Assembly (NCBI GenBank): GCA_965223155.1
Contig: CBDCVR010000015.1
Span: forward strand, 416,001 to 480,000
Direction of reading: 5' to 3'
Length of the DNA: 64,000 nucleotides
Origin: Candidatus Multivoradales bacterium
GTDB taxonomy: Bacteria; Acidobacteriota; Thermoanaerobaculia; Multivoradales; JAHEKO01
In this document: piece by piece, positions 48,284 to 56,619 of the stretch
Layout: every line of letters starts with the position of its first letter
Numbering within the stretch: the first letter of the stretch is position 1
Program-made: the position numbers and the translations under genes
The notes under the pieces: generated by a model
Database searches by the model: none
Seen by the model: the letters and a program-made list of their open reading frames with translations, nothing else
Told to the model about the DNA's origin: nothing

Positions 48284-49284
48284 CGCTGCCCCGCGCCGGC
48301 CGTGACGTAGCCGTTCTCACGAAACCAGGCTACCGCCCGCCCGAGCGCTTCCCGGACCGGCGTTTGCGGCAGGCCCAGCTCCCGCACCGCCTTGCCGGCG
48401 TCGAAGTACATCCTGTGCCGGGCCATGCGCGCGGCCTCCAGCGAGACCCGCGGCTCGCCGCCGAAGACCCGCGCGCGGGCAGTGTCGAGGGCGCCGGCGG
48501 CGATCGCCACCGCGTGAGGCAAGCGCAAGCTCGGCGCCCGCAAGCCGGTGAGCTCTTCCAGCCGTCCGAAGAGCTCGGCCAGGGACAGGTTCTCGTTGCC
48601 CAGAATGTACTTCTCTCCGATCTCGCCCCTCTCCGCCGCGAGCAGATGCCCGGCAGCCACGTCTCGAACGTCCACGAAGTTGAGTCCGGTATCCACATAG
48701 GCGGGAGTCTTCCGGTTCAAGAAGTCAAGAACAATCCTCCCGGTCGCGGTCGGCTTGAGGTCGCCCTCGCCCACCGGCGTCGAAGGGTTGACGATGACCA
48801 CGGGCAGACCGCGGCCGGCCAGCTCCTCGGCGACGCGCTCGGCCAGGAACTTCGAGCGTTTGTAATGGCCGATCATGTCCTGAAACCGTACCGGAGTCGT
48901 CTCGCGGGCGGGAGAGCCGTCGGCGTGGAGCCCGAGGGCCCCCACCGAGCTCGTGTACACCACCCGCGAGACCGAAGCGTCGAGGGCCGCTTCCAGGAGC
49001 CGGCGGGTACCTTCCACGTTCGCCCGGTAAATGGCCTCCGGACGCTGGGCGAAGAGCCGGTAGTCGGCGGCGCAGTGATAGACCTCATCGACCTCCGACA
49101 GCGCCGGCCGGTAGCCCTCCGGCCTGAGCAGGTCGCCGACCACGACCTGGGCGGCGCTCGCGCCCAAGTTGCGCCGGTCGCTCGAAGGACGCACCAGACA
49201 GGTCACGTCCCTGCCCGCGCGCTCGAGCGCGCGCAAGAGGTGGCCGCCCACGAACCCGGTGGCTCCGGTCAGGAAGGCCTTCAT
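48280..49284 (-). CDS. hpnA: Hopanoid-associated sugar epimerase/dehydratase
   Basis: TGATGFVG, HCAADYRL, YTSSV, GHYKRSK, VNPSTPVGEGDLKPTATG, YVDTGLN. Confidence 0.93.
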   Translation of the reverse strand: MKAFLTGATGFVGGHLLRALERAGRDVTCLVRPSSDRRNLGASAAQVVVGDLLRPEGYRPALSEVDEVYHCAADYRLFAQRPEAIYRANVEGTRRLLEAALDASVSRVVYTSSVGALGLHADGSPARETTPVRFQDMIGHYKRSKFLAERVAEELAGRGLPVVIVNPSTPVGEGDLKPTATGRIVLDFLNRKTPAYVDTGLNFVDVRDVAAGHLLAAERGEIGEKYILGNENLSLAELFGRLEELTGLRAPSLRLPHAVAIAAGALDTARARVFGGEPRVSLEAARMARHRMYFDAGKAVRELGLPQTPVREALGRAVAWFRENGYVTAGAGQR

Positions 49285-49318
49285 CCGCCGGCGCTCGCCT
49301 TCGTCGAGACCTGCGGCC

Positions 49319-50320
49319 TCAGCCCAACAGGTTCCAGGCGGCCATGCGCACCAAGTCGGCCGGCCGCCGCTTGAGGTCCGTCACCACCGAGGCTTCGAAG
49401 CCCGAATGCATGGCGCAGTTCTGGCAAAGCCGGTCGCTTCGGGACTCCCAGTAGCTCCAATCGGTCCCATTCCAGAACTCGTCCCAACTGTCGTAGTACT
49501 GCTTGCCGATGAGATAGCACGGCCCCTTCCAGCCCAAAGGCGTGAAGGTCACCGTACTCCAAGGAGAGCAGTCATAGTCGCGCAGGCCGGCCGCGAACTC
49601 CAGAAACATGGGCGTTGAGTGCAAACGGTACTTCTTCGAGATCCCGAGCACCTTGCGGAACTTCTCCTGGATGTCCCGCCGGGTCATGAAGATGTCCCGA
49701 TCCACCGACTCGTATTGGTAGCCGGGCGAGATCAGCATGCCGTCGACGCCCATCGCCGCCAGCTTCGCGCACAGCTCTTCGACCTCTTCGATGTCGGTCT
49801 CCTTGAAGACGGTCGTGTTGGTGACGACGTGGTACCCGCGCTTCTTCGACTCCCGAATCATCTCGATCGCCTTGTCGAAGACCCCGTCCCGAGCGCAGAC
49901 GTAGTCGTGAGTCTCGCGCATGCCGTCCAGGTGGACGTTGATCGACAGGCGCTTGTGCGGAGGGACCAAGTCGAAGACCTTCTCATCCAGAAGCAGCGCG
50001 TTGGTGCACAGGTAGATGTGCCGTCGGCGCTCGATGATGCCAGCGAGCAACTCGGGTAGCTCCGGATAGATCGTGGGCTCGCCGCCACAAATCGAAACCG
50101 CCGGCGCCCCGCACAGATCGACCGCCTCGAGGCAGGTAGCCACCGGCAGGCGATCCTTGAGCTTGCCGGTGTGGCGCTCCGTGGCACAGCCCAGGCACGC
50201 CAGATTGCAGGTATAGAGAGGCTCGAGCATGAGCACGAACGGATAGCGGCTCGTGCCCCGCCAGGCCTGCTTGGCCTGATGCCGGACCATGTCGGTGGTG
50301 ATGTGGAGCGGGAAGCGCAC
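49319..50320 (-). CDS. hpnH: Adenosyl-hopene transferase (radical SAM)
   Basis: YPFVLMLEPLYTCNLACLGC (CxxxCxxC), GGEP, YLCTNA, PCYL, CQNCAMHSGFEAS. Confidence 0.95.
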   Translation of the reverse strand: MRFPLHITTDMVRHQAKQAWRGTSRYPFVLMLEPLYTCNLACLGCATERHTGKLKDRLPVATCLEAVDLCGAPAVSICGGEPTIYPELPELLAGIIERRRHIYLCTNALLLDEKVFDLVPPHKRLSINVHLDGMRETHDYVCARDGVFDKAIEMIRESKKRGYHVVTNTTVFKETDIEEVEELCAKLAAMGVDGMLISPGYQYESVDRDIFMTRRDIQEKFRKVLGISKKYRLHSTPMFLEFAAGLRDYDCSPWSTVTFTPLGWKGPCYLIGKQYYDSWDEFWNGTDWSYWESRSDRLCQNCAMHSGFEASVVTDLKRRPADLVRMAAWNLLG

Positions 50321-50345
50321 GGGTCGGAGTTAGCGGGTCGGAGTT
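50321..50345. repeat. Perfect 11-bp direct repeat GGGTCGGAGTT x2 between shc and hpnH
   Basis: Copies at 50321-50331 and 50335-50345. Confidence 0.8.
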
Positions 50346-50377
50346 CGTGGATCAGAGCAATCGGTCAGGGTTGCCGG

Positions 50378-52468
50378 TCAGGACACTCCCGCGCCGGAGC
50401 GGTTCCCGGCCCGGTCCAGCCGGCGGAACTCCGCCAGCGCCTGCAGCGGAAAGTAGACGGGGTAGTTGTGGTACTTCAAGTAGAAGACCTTCGGAAATCC
50501 GGTTCCGGTCCAGGCCTCGTCGGTCCAGGTGCCGTCCGGGAGCTGCCGTTCGAGCAGGTAGGCGATGCCCAGCTCAATCTCGGACCCGCGGTGGCCGGCG
50601 GCCAGCAGGCCCAGGAGCGCCCACGCGGTCTGGCTGGGCGTGCTCGTCCCCCTGCCTTTGAGCTCCGGATCCTCGTACGAGGCAAGCGTCTCACCCCATC
50701 CCCCATCGGGGTTTTGCCGAGACCGGATCCAGTCACGGGCGGCCACACCCCAGGGCTCGGCCACCAGGTCCACGCCGGCCGCCGCCAGGCCGGTCAGCGC
50801 CAGCCAGGTGCCGTAGAGGTAGTTGCAGCCCCAACGGCCGTACCAGGAGCCGTCGGGTTCCTGCATCGAGCGCACGAACCCGATCGCCCGTTCCATCCTC
50901 GCCTCGCTCGAATCGGCGCCCAGCGCGGCCAGCGCCTCCAGAGCCCGGCCGGTGATATCGACCGTCGACGGATCAATCATGGCATTGTGATCTGCAAAGG
51001 GAATGTAGGTCAGGATTTCCCGGTCACAGCCCCGATCGAACGAGGCCCAGCCGCCGTCCCGGTTCTGCATCGAGACCAGCCAGGCCCTGCCCCGATCGAT
51101 CGCGGCGGCCACCCCGTCTCCGCGACTCGAAGGCGCCGTCAACGCTAACGCCTTGAGCACTTCGGCGGTGTCGTCGCAATCGGGATAGAACTCGTTGGCG
51201 TATTCGAAGTACCAGCCACCCACCGGACCCTTCGGGTTGTTGTTGCGCCAATCGCCCGGACGCCGCACTTCGCGCGCCAGGAGCCACTCGGCCGCCCGCT
51301 CCAGAGCCCGGACCTCCGGATCGCCGTCGCCACCCGCGGGCGTCGAGCTGGCGAGCGCCGTCATCGCCAGAGCCGTGTCCCAGACCGGCGACTTGCATGG
51401 TTGGACCCGAAGGGTCTCGTCGTCCTCTATCTCGAGCTTCTCGAGCTCGCGGATCTGGGCGGCCAGCACCGGATGGCCCTGCGCGTAGCCCAAGCTCTCG
51501 AGAGCGATGATGGTGTTGACGATCGGCGGGAAGATCGCCCCCAGGCCGTCGCTCGCCTCGAGCCGCTCCAAGATCCAGCGCTCGGCGGCCTCGACCGCGC
51601 CTTGGCGGAGCGGATGGAACGGGACCGCCTGATAGGCCTTGATGAACCGGTCGATGGTGGTGAACAAACGGCCCCAGGCACGAGAGCGAAAACCTCCCAA
51701 GGCCGGATGGCGGATCGCCGCGGGACCGGCATCCAGCTCGTCCAAGGTGACCGGAAGCTCGCGGCGTGGCTTCCGTGCCCAGATGATGCTGAGGGGCACC
51801 ACGATCGCGCGCGACCAGGACGACATCTCGTACAGGTTGCACGGGAACCATCCGGGCAAGAGCACTAGCTCGGGCGGAACCGCCGGAGCCGCGTCCCACC
51901 GGTACAGGCCAAAGATCGAAAGGTAGATCTTGGTGAAGGAGTTCGCCGCTTCGAGCCCCCCGCCGTCGAGGATCGCTTCGCGAGCGCGGGTCATCGGCTC
52001 GGCGGCGGGATCGTCACCCATGAGCTTGAGGACCAGGTAGGCCTTGATCGAAGCGCTGACGTCGGCGGGGCCGTCCGGATAGAGGCTCCAGCCGCCTTCG
52101 GGCCGTTGCGCCCGGCGCAACGCCTCCGCCGCCTTGCCGACCTTGGGATCCTCACCGCGTCCCAGATAGACCTTGGTCAGGACGTACTCCGACTCCAAGA
52201 TAGAGTCGCCTTCCAGCCTGGCGCACCAATGCCCGTCCGGTTGCTGCTGGTCCAGGAGCGCTTGGCGGGCGGCGGCGATTGCGCGGTCGATCCGCGTCCA
52301 GAGGGCGTCGGCAGGCGGGACTTCGGTGGGGCTCGGCGCCGGCGTCACCGGAGCCGCCGGTACCGCCGGAGCAGACGGTCCGATGGCCGCAGCGCCGGCG
52401 GTACCCGTAGTGCCAGTGGCGCCAGCCGGGCCAGCGAACGACTTGGGTGGGCGAGGAAATCGCGACAT
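50378..52468 (-). CDS. shc: Squalene-hopene cyclase
   Basis: QW repeats (QQPDGHW, QNRDGGW, QEPDGSW), QPCKSPVWDT, YPDCDDTA (DxDD), TGTGFPKVFYLKY; start uncertain (52468/52480). Confidence 0.97.
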   Translation of the reverse strand: MSRFPRPPKSFAGPAGATGTTGTAGAAAIGPSAPAVPAAPVTPAPSPTEVPPADALWTRIDRAIAAARQALLDQQQPDGHWCARLEGDSILESEYVLTKVYLGRGEDPKVGKAAEALRRAQRPEGGWSLYPDGPADVSASIKAYLVLKLMGDDPAAEPMTRAREAILDGGGLEAANSFTKIYLSIFGLYRWDAAPAVPPELVLLPGWFPCNLYEMSSWSRAIVVPLSIIWARKPRRELPVTLDELDAGPAAIRHPALGGFRSRAWGRLFTTIDRFIKAYQAVPFHPLRQGAVEAAERWILERLEASDGLGAIFPPIVNTIIALESLGYAQGHPVLAAQIRELEKLEIEDDETLRVQPCKSPVWDTALAMTALASSTPAGGDGDPEVRALERAAEWLLAREVRRPGDWRNNNPKGPVGGWYFEYANEFYPDCDDTAEVLKALALTAPSSRGDGVAAAIDRGRAWLVSMQNRDGGWASFDRGCDREILTYIPFADHNAMIDPSTVDITGRALEALAALGADSSEARMERAIGFVRSMQEPDGSWYGRWGCNYLYGTWLALTGLAAAGVDLVAEPWGVAARDWIRSRQNPDGGWGETLASYEDPELKGRGTSTPSQTAWALLGLLAAGHRGSEIELGIAYLLERQLPDGTWTDEAWTGTGFPKVFYLKYHNYPVYFPLQALAEFRRLDRAGNRSGAGVS

Positions 52469-52641
52469 CGAACGGCGCATTCTATGCAAGGTTCTCCGAA
52501 CGGTACGAAAGTCCTTCCTGCTTGCATGGTACGGACCAGGCTGGGGCCGAGATTCGAGGCGTCGGCCCGGGCTTCGAACCGGTCCGCGCCGCACCTTCCA
52601 CACACCGTCCCCCTCGTGTCCATTCAACATAGAATGGCCCG

Positions 52642-53520
52642 ATGCAGCGTCGTTTGGGAGCCTTCCTCGGGATTCTGGGCCTTTGCCTCGCTCCGATGCC
52701 GGCACCGCTTCACGCCGCCGAGGTAGAGGAGTTTCTGGCGGCCGGCCGCGAGGCCTTTGCAGCCCGAGCCTTGGGCCGGCAGGACATCCGAGCCGTCGCC
52801 GGCCCGATCGACACGGCGATCGAGTCCTTCGAAGCGGCGCTCGACCTCGATCCGGCGAGCTTTGAAGCCCGCGTCGCTCTGCTGAAGGCGCTCTTCTTCA
52901 AGGGCGAGCATGTCTTGACCGACCGGGACGCCAAGCTGGCTGTCTTCGAACGCGGCCGCGCCCTGGCGGAAGAGGGCATTCAGATCCTGACCCGCAACAC
53001 GGACCTCGATCCGACCGGCGCCAAGAACCGCGACTCTTTGGTCGCACACCTCGGGCACGAGCCGGACGCGGTCGGGGTCTATTTCTTCGCCGCCGTTCAC
53101 TGGGGCCTTTGGGGCCGGTACCGGGGCAAGATCGCGGCCGCGCGCAAGGGCGTCGCGGGCAAGATCCGGGACTACGCCGCGGTCGTTCTGGCCCTGGATC
53201 CAGACTACGAGTCCGGCGGCGGGCATCGCATCCTGGGCCGGCTGCACGCCGAGGCTCCCAAGCTGCCGTTCGTAACGTCGTGGATCGACCGCGACATCGC
53301 GATCCGGGAGCTCGAGCTGGCCCACCGCGCCGACCCTGAAGACGCCCTGTCACTCCTCTACCTCGCCGAGGCTCTGCTCGAGCACGACTCCTCGCGCCGG
53401 GCCGAGGCCCGGACGCTGCTCGAGAAGCTCGTCGGCAAGGCACCCAATCCCGAGTATCTGGTCGAAGAGCTCCAGGCCATCGCCGATGGCCGCGAAGTCC
53501 TGGCCAGAATCGGCTCCTGA
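52642..53520 (+). CDS. Exported TPR-like protein, TAtT/BstC-like
   Basis: Signal peptide; helical repeats; LDPDYESGGGHRILGRLH..AP segment recalled from TAtT/BstC-like proteins. Confidence 0.6.
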   Translation: MQRRLGAFLGILGLCLAPMPAPLHAAEVEEFLAAGREAFAARALGRQDIRAVAGPIDTAIESFEAALDLDPASFEARVALLKALFFKGEHVLTDRDAKLAVFERGRALAEEGIQILTRNTDLDPTGAKNRDSLVAHLGHEPDAVGVYFFAAVHWGLWGRYRGKIAAARKGVAGKIRDYAAVVLALDPDYESGGGHRILGRLHAEAPKLPFVTSWIDRDIAIRELELAHRADPEDALSLLYLAEALLEHDSSRRAEARTLLEKLVGKAPNPEYLVEELQAIADGREVLARIGS

Positions 53521-53522
53521 TC

Positions 53523-54506
53523 TTGCCGCTGCCGATCTCGCGAGCCTGGATCGAGGCTGAGATCGAGGCCGCCGCAAGGCGCCTGGCGGGAGTGGCGCAC
53601 CGAACGCCGGTCCATACCTCGAGCTCGCTCGACCGCCATCTGGGCGCCGAGGTCTTCTTGAAGTGCGAGTCCTTTCAGCGAATCGGCGCCTTCAAGCTCC
53701 GGGGTGCCTACAACGCCATCGCCAAGCGCCACGCAGACGCAGGCTCGATCGGCGCCGCGGGAGTCCTCACCTATTCCTCCGGCAACCACGCCCAGGCAGT
53801 CGCGCTGGTGGGCAAGCTCCTCGACGTTCCGACCACGATCGTCATGCCCACCGACGCTCCCCGGGTCAAACGAGCCGCCACCGAGGGCTACGGCGCCCGG
53901 GTCGTCGCCTACGACCCCCAAACCACCTCGCGCAAGGAGATCGCCGAAGGATTGGCGCGAGACGGCGACTACACGATGATTCCACCGTTCGATCACCCGG
54001 ACGTCATCGCCGGGCAGGCCACCGTGGCCGTGGAGCTGCACGAATCCGTCGAGAACCTGGACACCTTGCTGGTTCCCTGCGGCGGTGGCGGATTGCTCTC
54101 GGGCTGCGCCGCGGCCACCCGGGCTCGAGCCCCGACCTGCCGGGTGGTCGGTGTCGAGCCCGAGTTGGCGGACGACGCGGTCCGCTCCTTTCGGACCGGC
54201 ACCCTCCAGACGGTTCGAAACCCGCCCACGATCGCCGACGGCACCCGCACCGCGTCCCTCGGCGAGTACACCTTCCCGCTGATCCTGGAAACGGTCGATG
54301 ACATGGTCACGGTCAGCGAAGCGGCGATCCGTACGGCGATGCGCTACCTCTTCGAGCGCCTGAAGTTGGTGATCGAGCCCTCGGGAGCCCTCGGCGTCGC
54401 CGCCCTGCTTTCCGGCGCGATCCAGCCGGACGGACGGATCGGTGTGGTCTTGAGCGGCGGCAATGTGGACCCGAGCACCTTCGCCGAACTCGTGGCCGCC
54501 GATTGA
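53523..54506 (+). CDS. PLP-dependent serine/threonine dehydratase family (threo-3-hydroxyaspartate ammonia-lyase-like)
   Basis: KCESFQRIGAFKLRGA, SSGNHAQ, PCGGGGL, EPSGA, SGGNVD. Confidence 0.93.
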   Translation: MPLPISRAWIEAEIEAAARRLAGVAHRTPVHTSSSLDRHLGAEVFLKCESFQRIGAFKLRGAYNAIAKRHADAGSIGAAGVLTYSSGNHAQAVALVGKLLDVPTTIVMPTDAPRVKRAATEGYGARVVAYDPQTTSRKEIAEGLARDGDYTMIPPFDHPDVIAGQATVAVELHESVENLDTLLVPCGGGGLLSGCAAATRARAPTCRVVGVEPELADDAVRSFRTGTLQTVRNPPTIADGTRTASLGEYTFPLILETVDDMVTVSEAAIRTAMRYLFERLKLVIEPSGALGVAALLSGAIQPDGRIGVVLSGGNVDPSTFAELVAAD

Positions 54507-54516
54507 CCCCAGCCGC

Positions 54517-55125
54517 TTACAGGTCCGTCTCGGAAGGATCCCCGCCCGCGCCTCTCTCCTGCCAGCCCTTGAAGGCAAGGTAGGCGCCGAAGACGACGAG
54601 CGCCAGCGGCCACCAGTCCTCGATCCAGTCGAGCGACACGCCGAAGCGGGTGTGAGCCAAGAGCACGGAGCCCACCGCCGCCAGGATCGCTCCCCCCAGG
54701 ACCGATCCCCGGAATCCGGGCTCGCCGAAGTCCGCGGGCAGCTGGATCTCCTGGCCGCCGGCCAGAGCCTGGTTGTAGAGGGCGGCCCGGCGCCCGGCAT
54801 CGACCATGTTGTAGAGCCAGAAGAACGCCAGAAAGACCGACGCCAGCGGCGTCAGCGGTCCGAGCGCGCCCGCCGTGGACAGAAGCGTCAGCAGCGTCGC
54901 CACCACCAGCGCATGGATGAAGGCCCGCTTGTAGTAGCCGACGTAGACCTGGCCGAGGCCGGGCATCGCCGAGAGAACCACGGCGAGTAGCGGAGCCTTC
55001 CGGCGCGGATCCCGCAGCAGAGGCGCCCGGCGAGGGTGCGGCGGCGCTGCGTGGTCCTGGGACTCGTGGACGGATTCGTAGTGAGCTCGCGAGCTCTCTT
55101 CGGCGGCTGGGATCTCTACGGTCAT
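54517..55125 (-). CDS. Membrane protein, LiaF/LiaI-like envelope-stress accessory protein
   Basis: AMPGLGQVYVG, several TM segments, WWPLALVVFG; third gene of the ECF operon. Confidence 0.65.
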   Translation of the reverse strand: MTVEIPAAEESSRAHYESVHESQDHAAPPHPRRAPLLRDPRRKAPLLAVVLSAMPGLGQVYVGYYKRAFIHALVVATLLTLLSTAGALGPLTPLASVFLAFFWLYNMVDAGRRAALYNQALAGGQEIQLPADFGEPGFRGSVLGGAILAAVGSVLLAHTRFGVSLDWIEDWWPLALVVFGAYLAFKGWQERGAGGDPSETDL

Positions 55126-55991
55126 GGTGTCTCCTTCGCGTCTTCTCTGGTCTCGTCTTCCGGAACGGAGGCGGGTTCGGAATCGTCTCCGTCCGTGAAG
55201 AAGGACGCAGTTCCGGCAGCGACGGTTCCCGCGAGCTCGACGCTTTCGGCCAGACCGGCCGCAACCTGCTCGCCCACGGCCTCAGCGACACGGCCGGCGC
55301 GACTCGAAAACTCGACAGCCAGCTCGCCCTCCTCGACCTTCGCCAGAGTCTCGAGCCGTACCGACTCCAAGGCCTCGATGGGATTCGTGCCGACCGCAGT
55401 AAGGGCCGTGCTCGACATGGCGGCCAGCGGCGAGCCCGGAAGCGACGCCAGGAGCACCAGCACCAGGGTCGCGGCGAAGGCCAGCTCGGAAGCAAGGCGA
55501 GGCCGCGCCAGCCACCGCCCTCGCAGCTCCTGCCATCGGCGACGGAGGCGAAGATCCCAAGGGAGCGTCGCCCGCAACACCTCGGGCGCCAGACTCGGTA
55601 CCGGCGCGAGCTCAGCCAGATCCGGCAGCTCGCGAAGGAAGTCCTCGAGCCGCGCCCGGAACGCGGCGCATCCTGGACACGCCTTGACGTGCTCCTCGAT
55701 CCTGCGAAGCCCACCGGCGTCCAGGTCGGCTCGCGTCTCGGGTTCGGCGGCACGGGCGATCTGGAGCTTGACTCTCTGGCAGTCCGAGCCCACCGTCTGC
55801 GAGAGCACTCCGGCCTTGAGCTCGAACGGAACCTCTGCCGACTCATGCGAGGCCAGCGCGAAGAGCTCGGCACAGGCCGCGCATCCGCCAGCGTGCCGCT
55901 CGAGCGCGGTCACGCTCTCGGCCTCGAAGCGCCCGTCCAGGTAGACGTCGAGCGCGGCTTCGAAGTCTTGGCAAGCCTGGGGACGAGTCAT
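55122..55991 (-). CDS. Zinc-binding (zf-HC2) transmembrane anti-sigma factor
   Basis: Two HxxxCxxC motifs (HAGGCAAC, HVKACPGC), a TM segment; coupled to the ECF sigma gene. Confidence 0.85.
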   Translation of the reverse strand: MTRPQACQDFEAALDVYLDGRFEAESVTALERHAGGCAACAELFALASHESAEVPFELKAGVLSQTVGSDCQRVKLQIARAAEPETRADLDAGGLRRIEEHVKACPGCAAFRARLEDFLRELPDLAELAPVPSLAPEVLRATLPWDLRLRRRWQELRGRWLARPRLASELAFAATLVLVLLASLPGSPLAAMSSTALTAVGTNPIEALESVRLETLAKVEEGELAVEFSSRAGRVAEAVGEQVAAGLAESVELAGTVAAGTASFFTDGDDSEPASVPEDETREDAKETP

Positions 55992-56569
55992 GACGCCCCT
56001 CCCGCGGAGCTGGCCGCCTCGATGCGGCCCAGTACCCGGCCCAGCTCGGCACGGGCTCTGCTGGTCCGAGACTTCACCGTGCCCAGCGGCAAGTCCAGCA
56101 TGCTCGCGATCTCCTCAAGCTTGAGTTCCTGAATGTCCTTGAGCAGGATCATCTCGCGGTTGACCTCGGTCAGAGCTCCTAGGGCCCGGTACAGCAATCG
56201 CTGCCGGGCGGTGCGCAAGCAGTCCTCTTCGGGCGTCGTCACCGGGTCGGCGAGATCCTGAGCCCCTTCGACCGGGACCGACTCCGGAGGAGTCCGGACC
56301 TTGAGCCGCCGCAATCGATCGATCGAGCAATTACGGGCCAGACGCAGGAACCAGGCCATGAAAGGCACGTCGTCGCGTACGGTGTGCAGCTTCTGGAAGA
56401 CCCGCACAAAAATCTCCTGAGCGGCGTCGCGGGCTTCTTCCCGGTCCCGCAGGTAGTGGAACGCGATCGCGAAGACCCTGCCCTGGAGGCGCTCGACCAG
56501 CGCTTCCCACGCCAGATCATCGCCCAGCCGGCAGCGCGCCACGAGCTCGGAAAGTTCTAGCTCCCGCAT
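55988..56569 (-). CDS. ECF RNA polymerase sigma factor
   Basis: ARDAAQEIF, WFLRLARNCSIDRLR, EEIASMLDLPLGTVKSRTSRAR. Confidence 0.95.
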   Translation of the reverse strand: MRELELSELVARCRLGDDLAWEALVERLQGRVFAIAFHYLRDREEARDAAQEIFVRVFQKLHTVRDDVPFMAWFLRLARNCSIDRLRRLKVRTPPESVPVEGAQDLADPVTTPEEDCLRTARQRLLYRALGALTEVNREMILLKDIQELKLEEIASMLDLPLGTVKSRTSRARAELGRVLGRIEAASSAGGAS

Positions 56570-56583
56570 CGCCCTACGACACA

Positions 56584-56610
56584 AGACGCAGCGGCGGCGA
56601 GAAGGGTTCC
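56584..56610 (-). promoter_or_regulatory. Putative autoregulatory ECF-sigma promoter GGAACC-N16-CGTCT
   Basis: -35 GGAACC (56610-56605) and -10 CGTCT (56588-56584) just upstream of the sigma ATG. Confidence 0.7.
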
Positions 56611-56619
56611 ATCGGCCGG

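Noticed and set aside
50378-52468. Possible oxidosqualene cyclase (sterol pathway) because of the DC in DCDDTAE
   Set aside because: DxDD is intact, hpnH/G/A are adjacent and no squalene epoxidase is present, so it is an SHC
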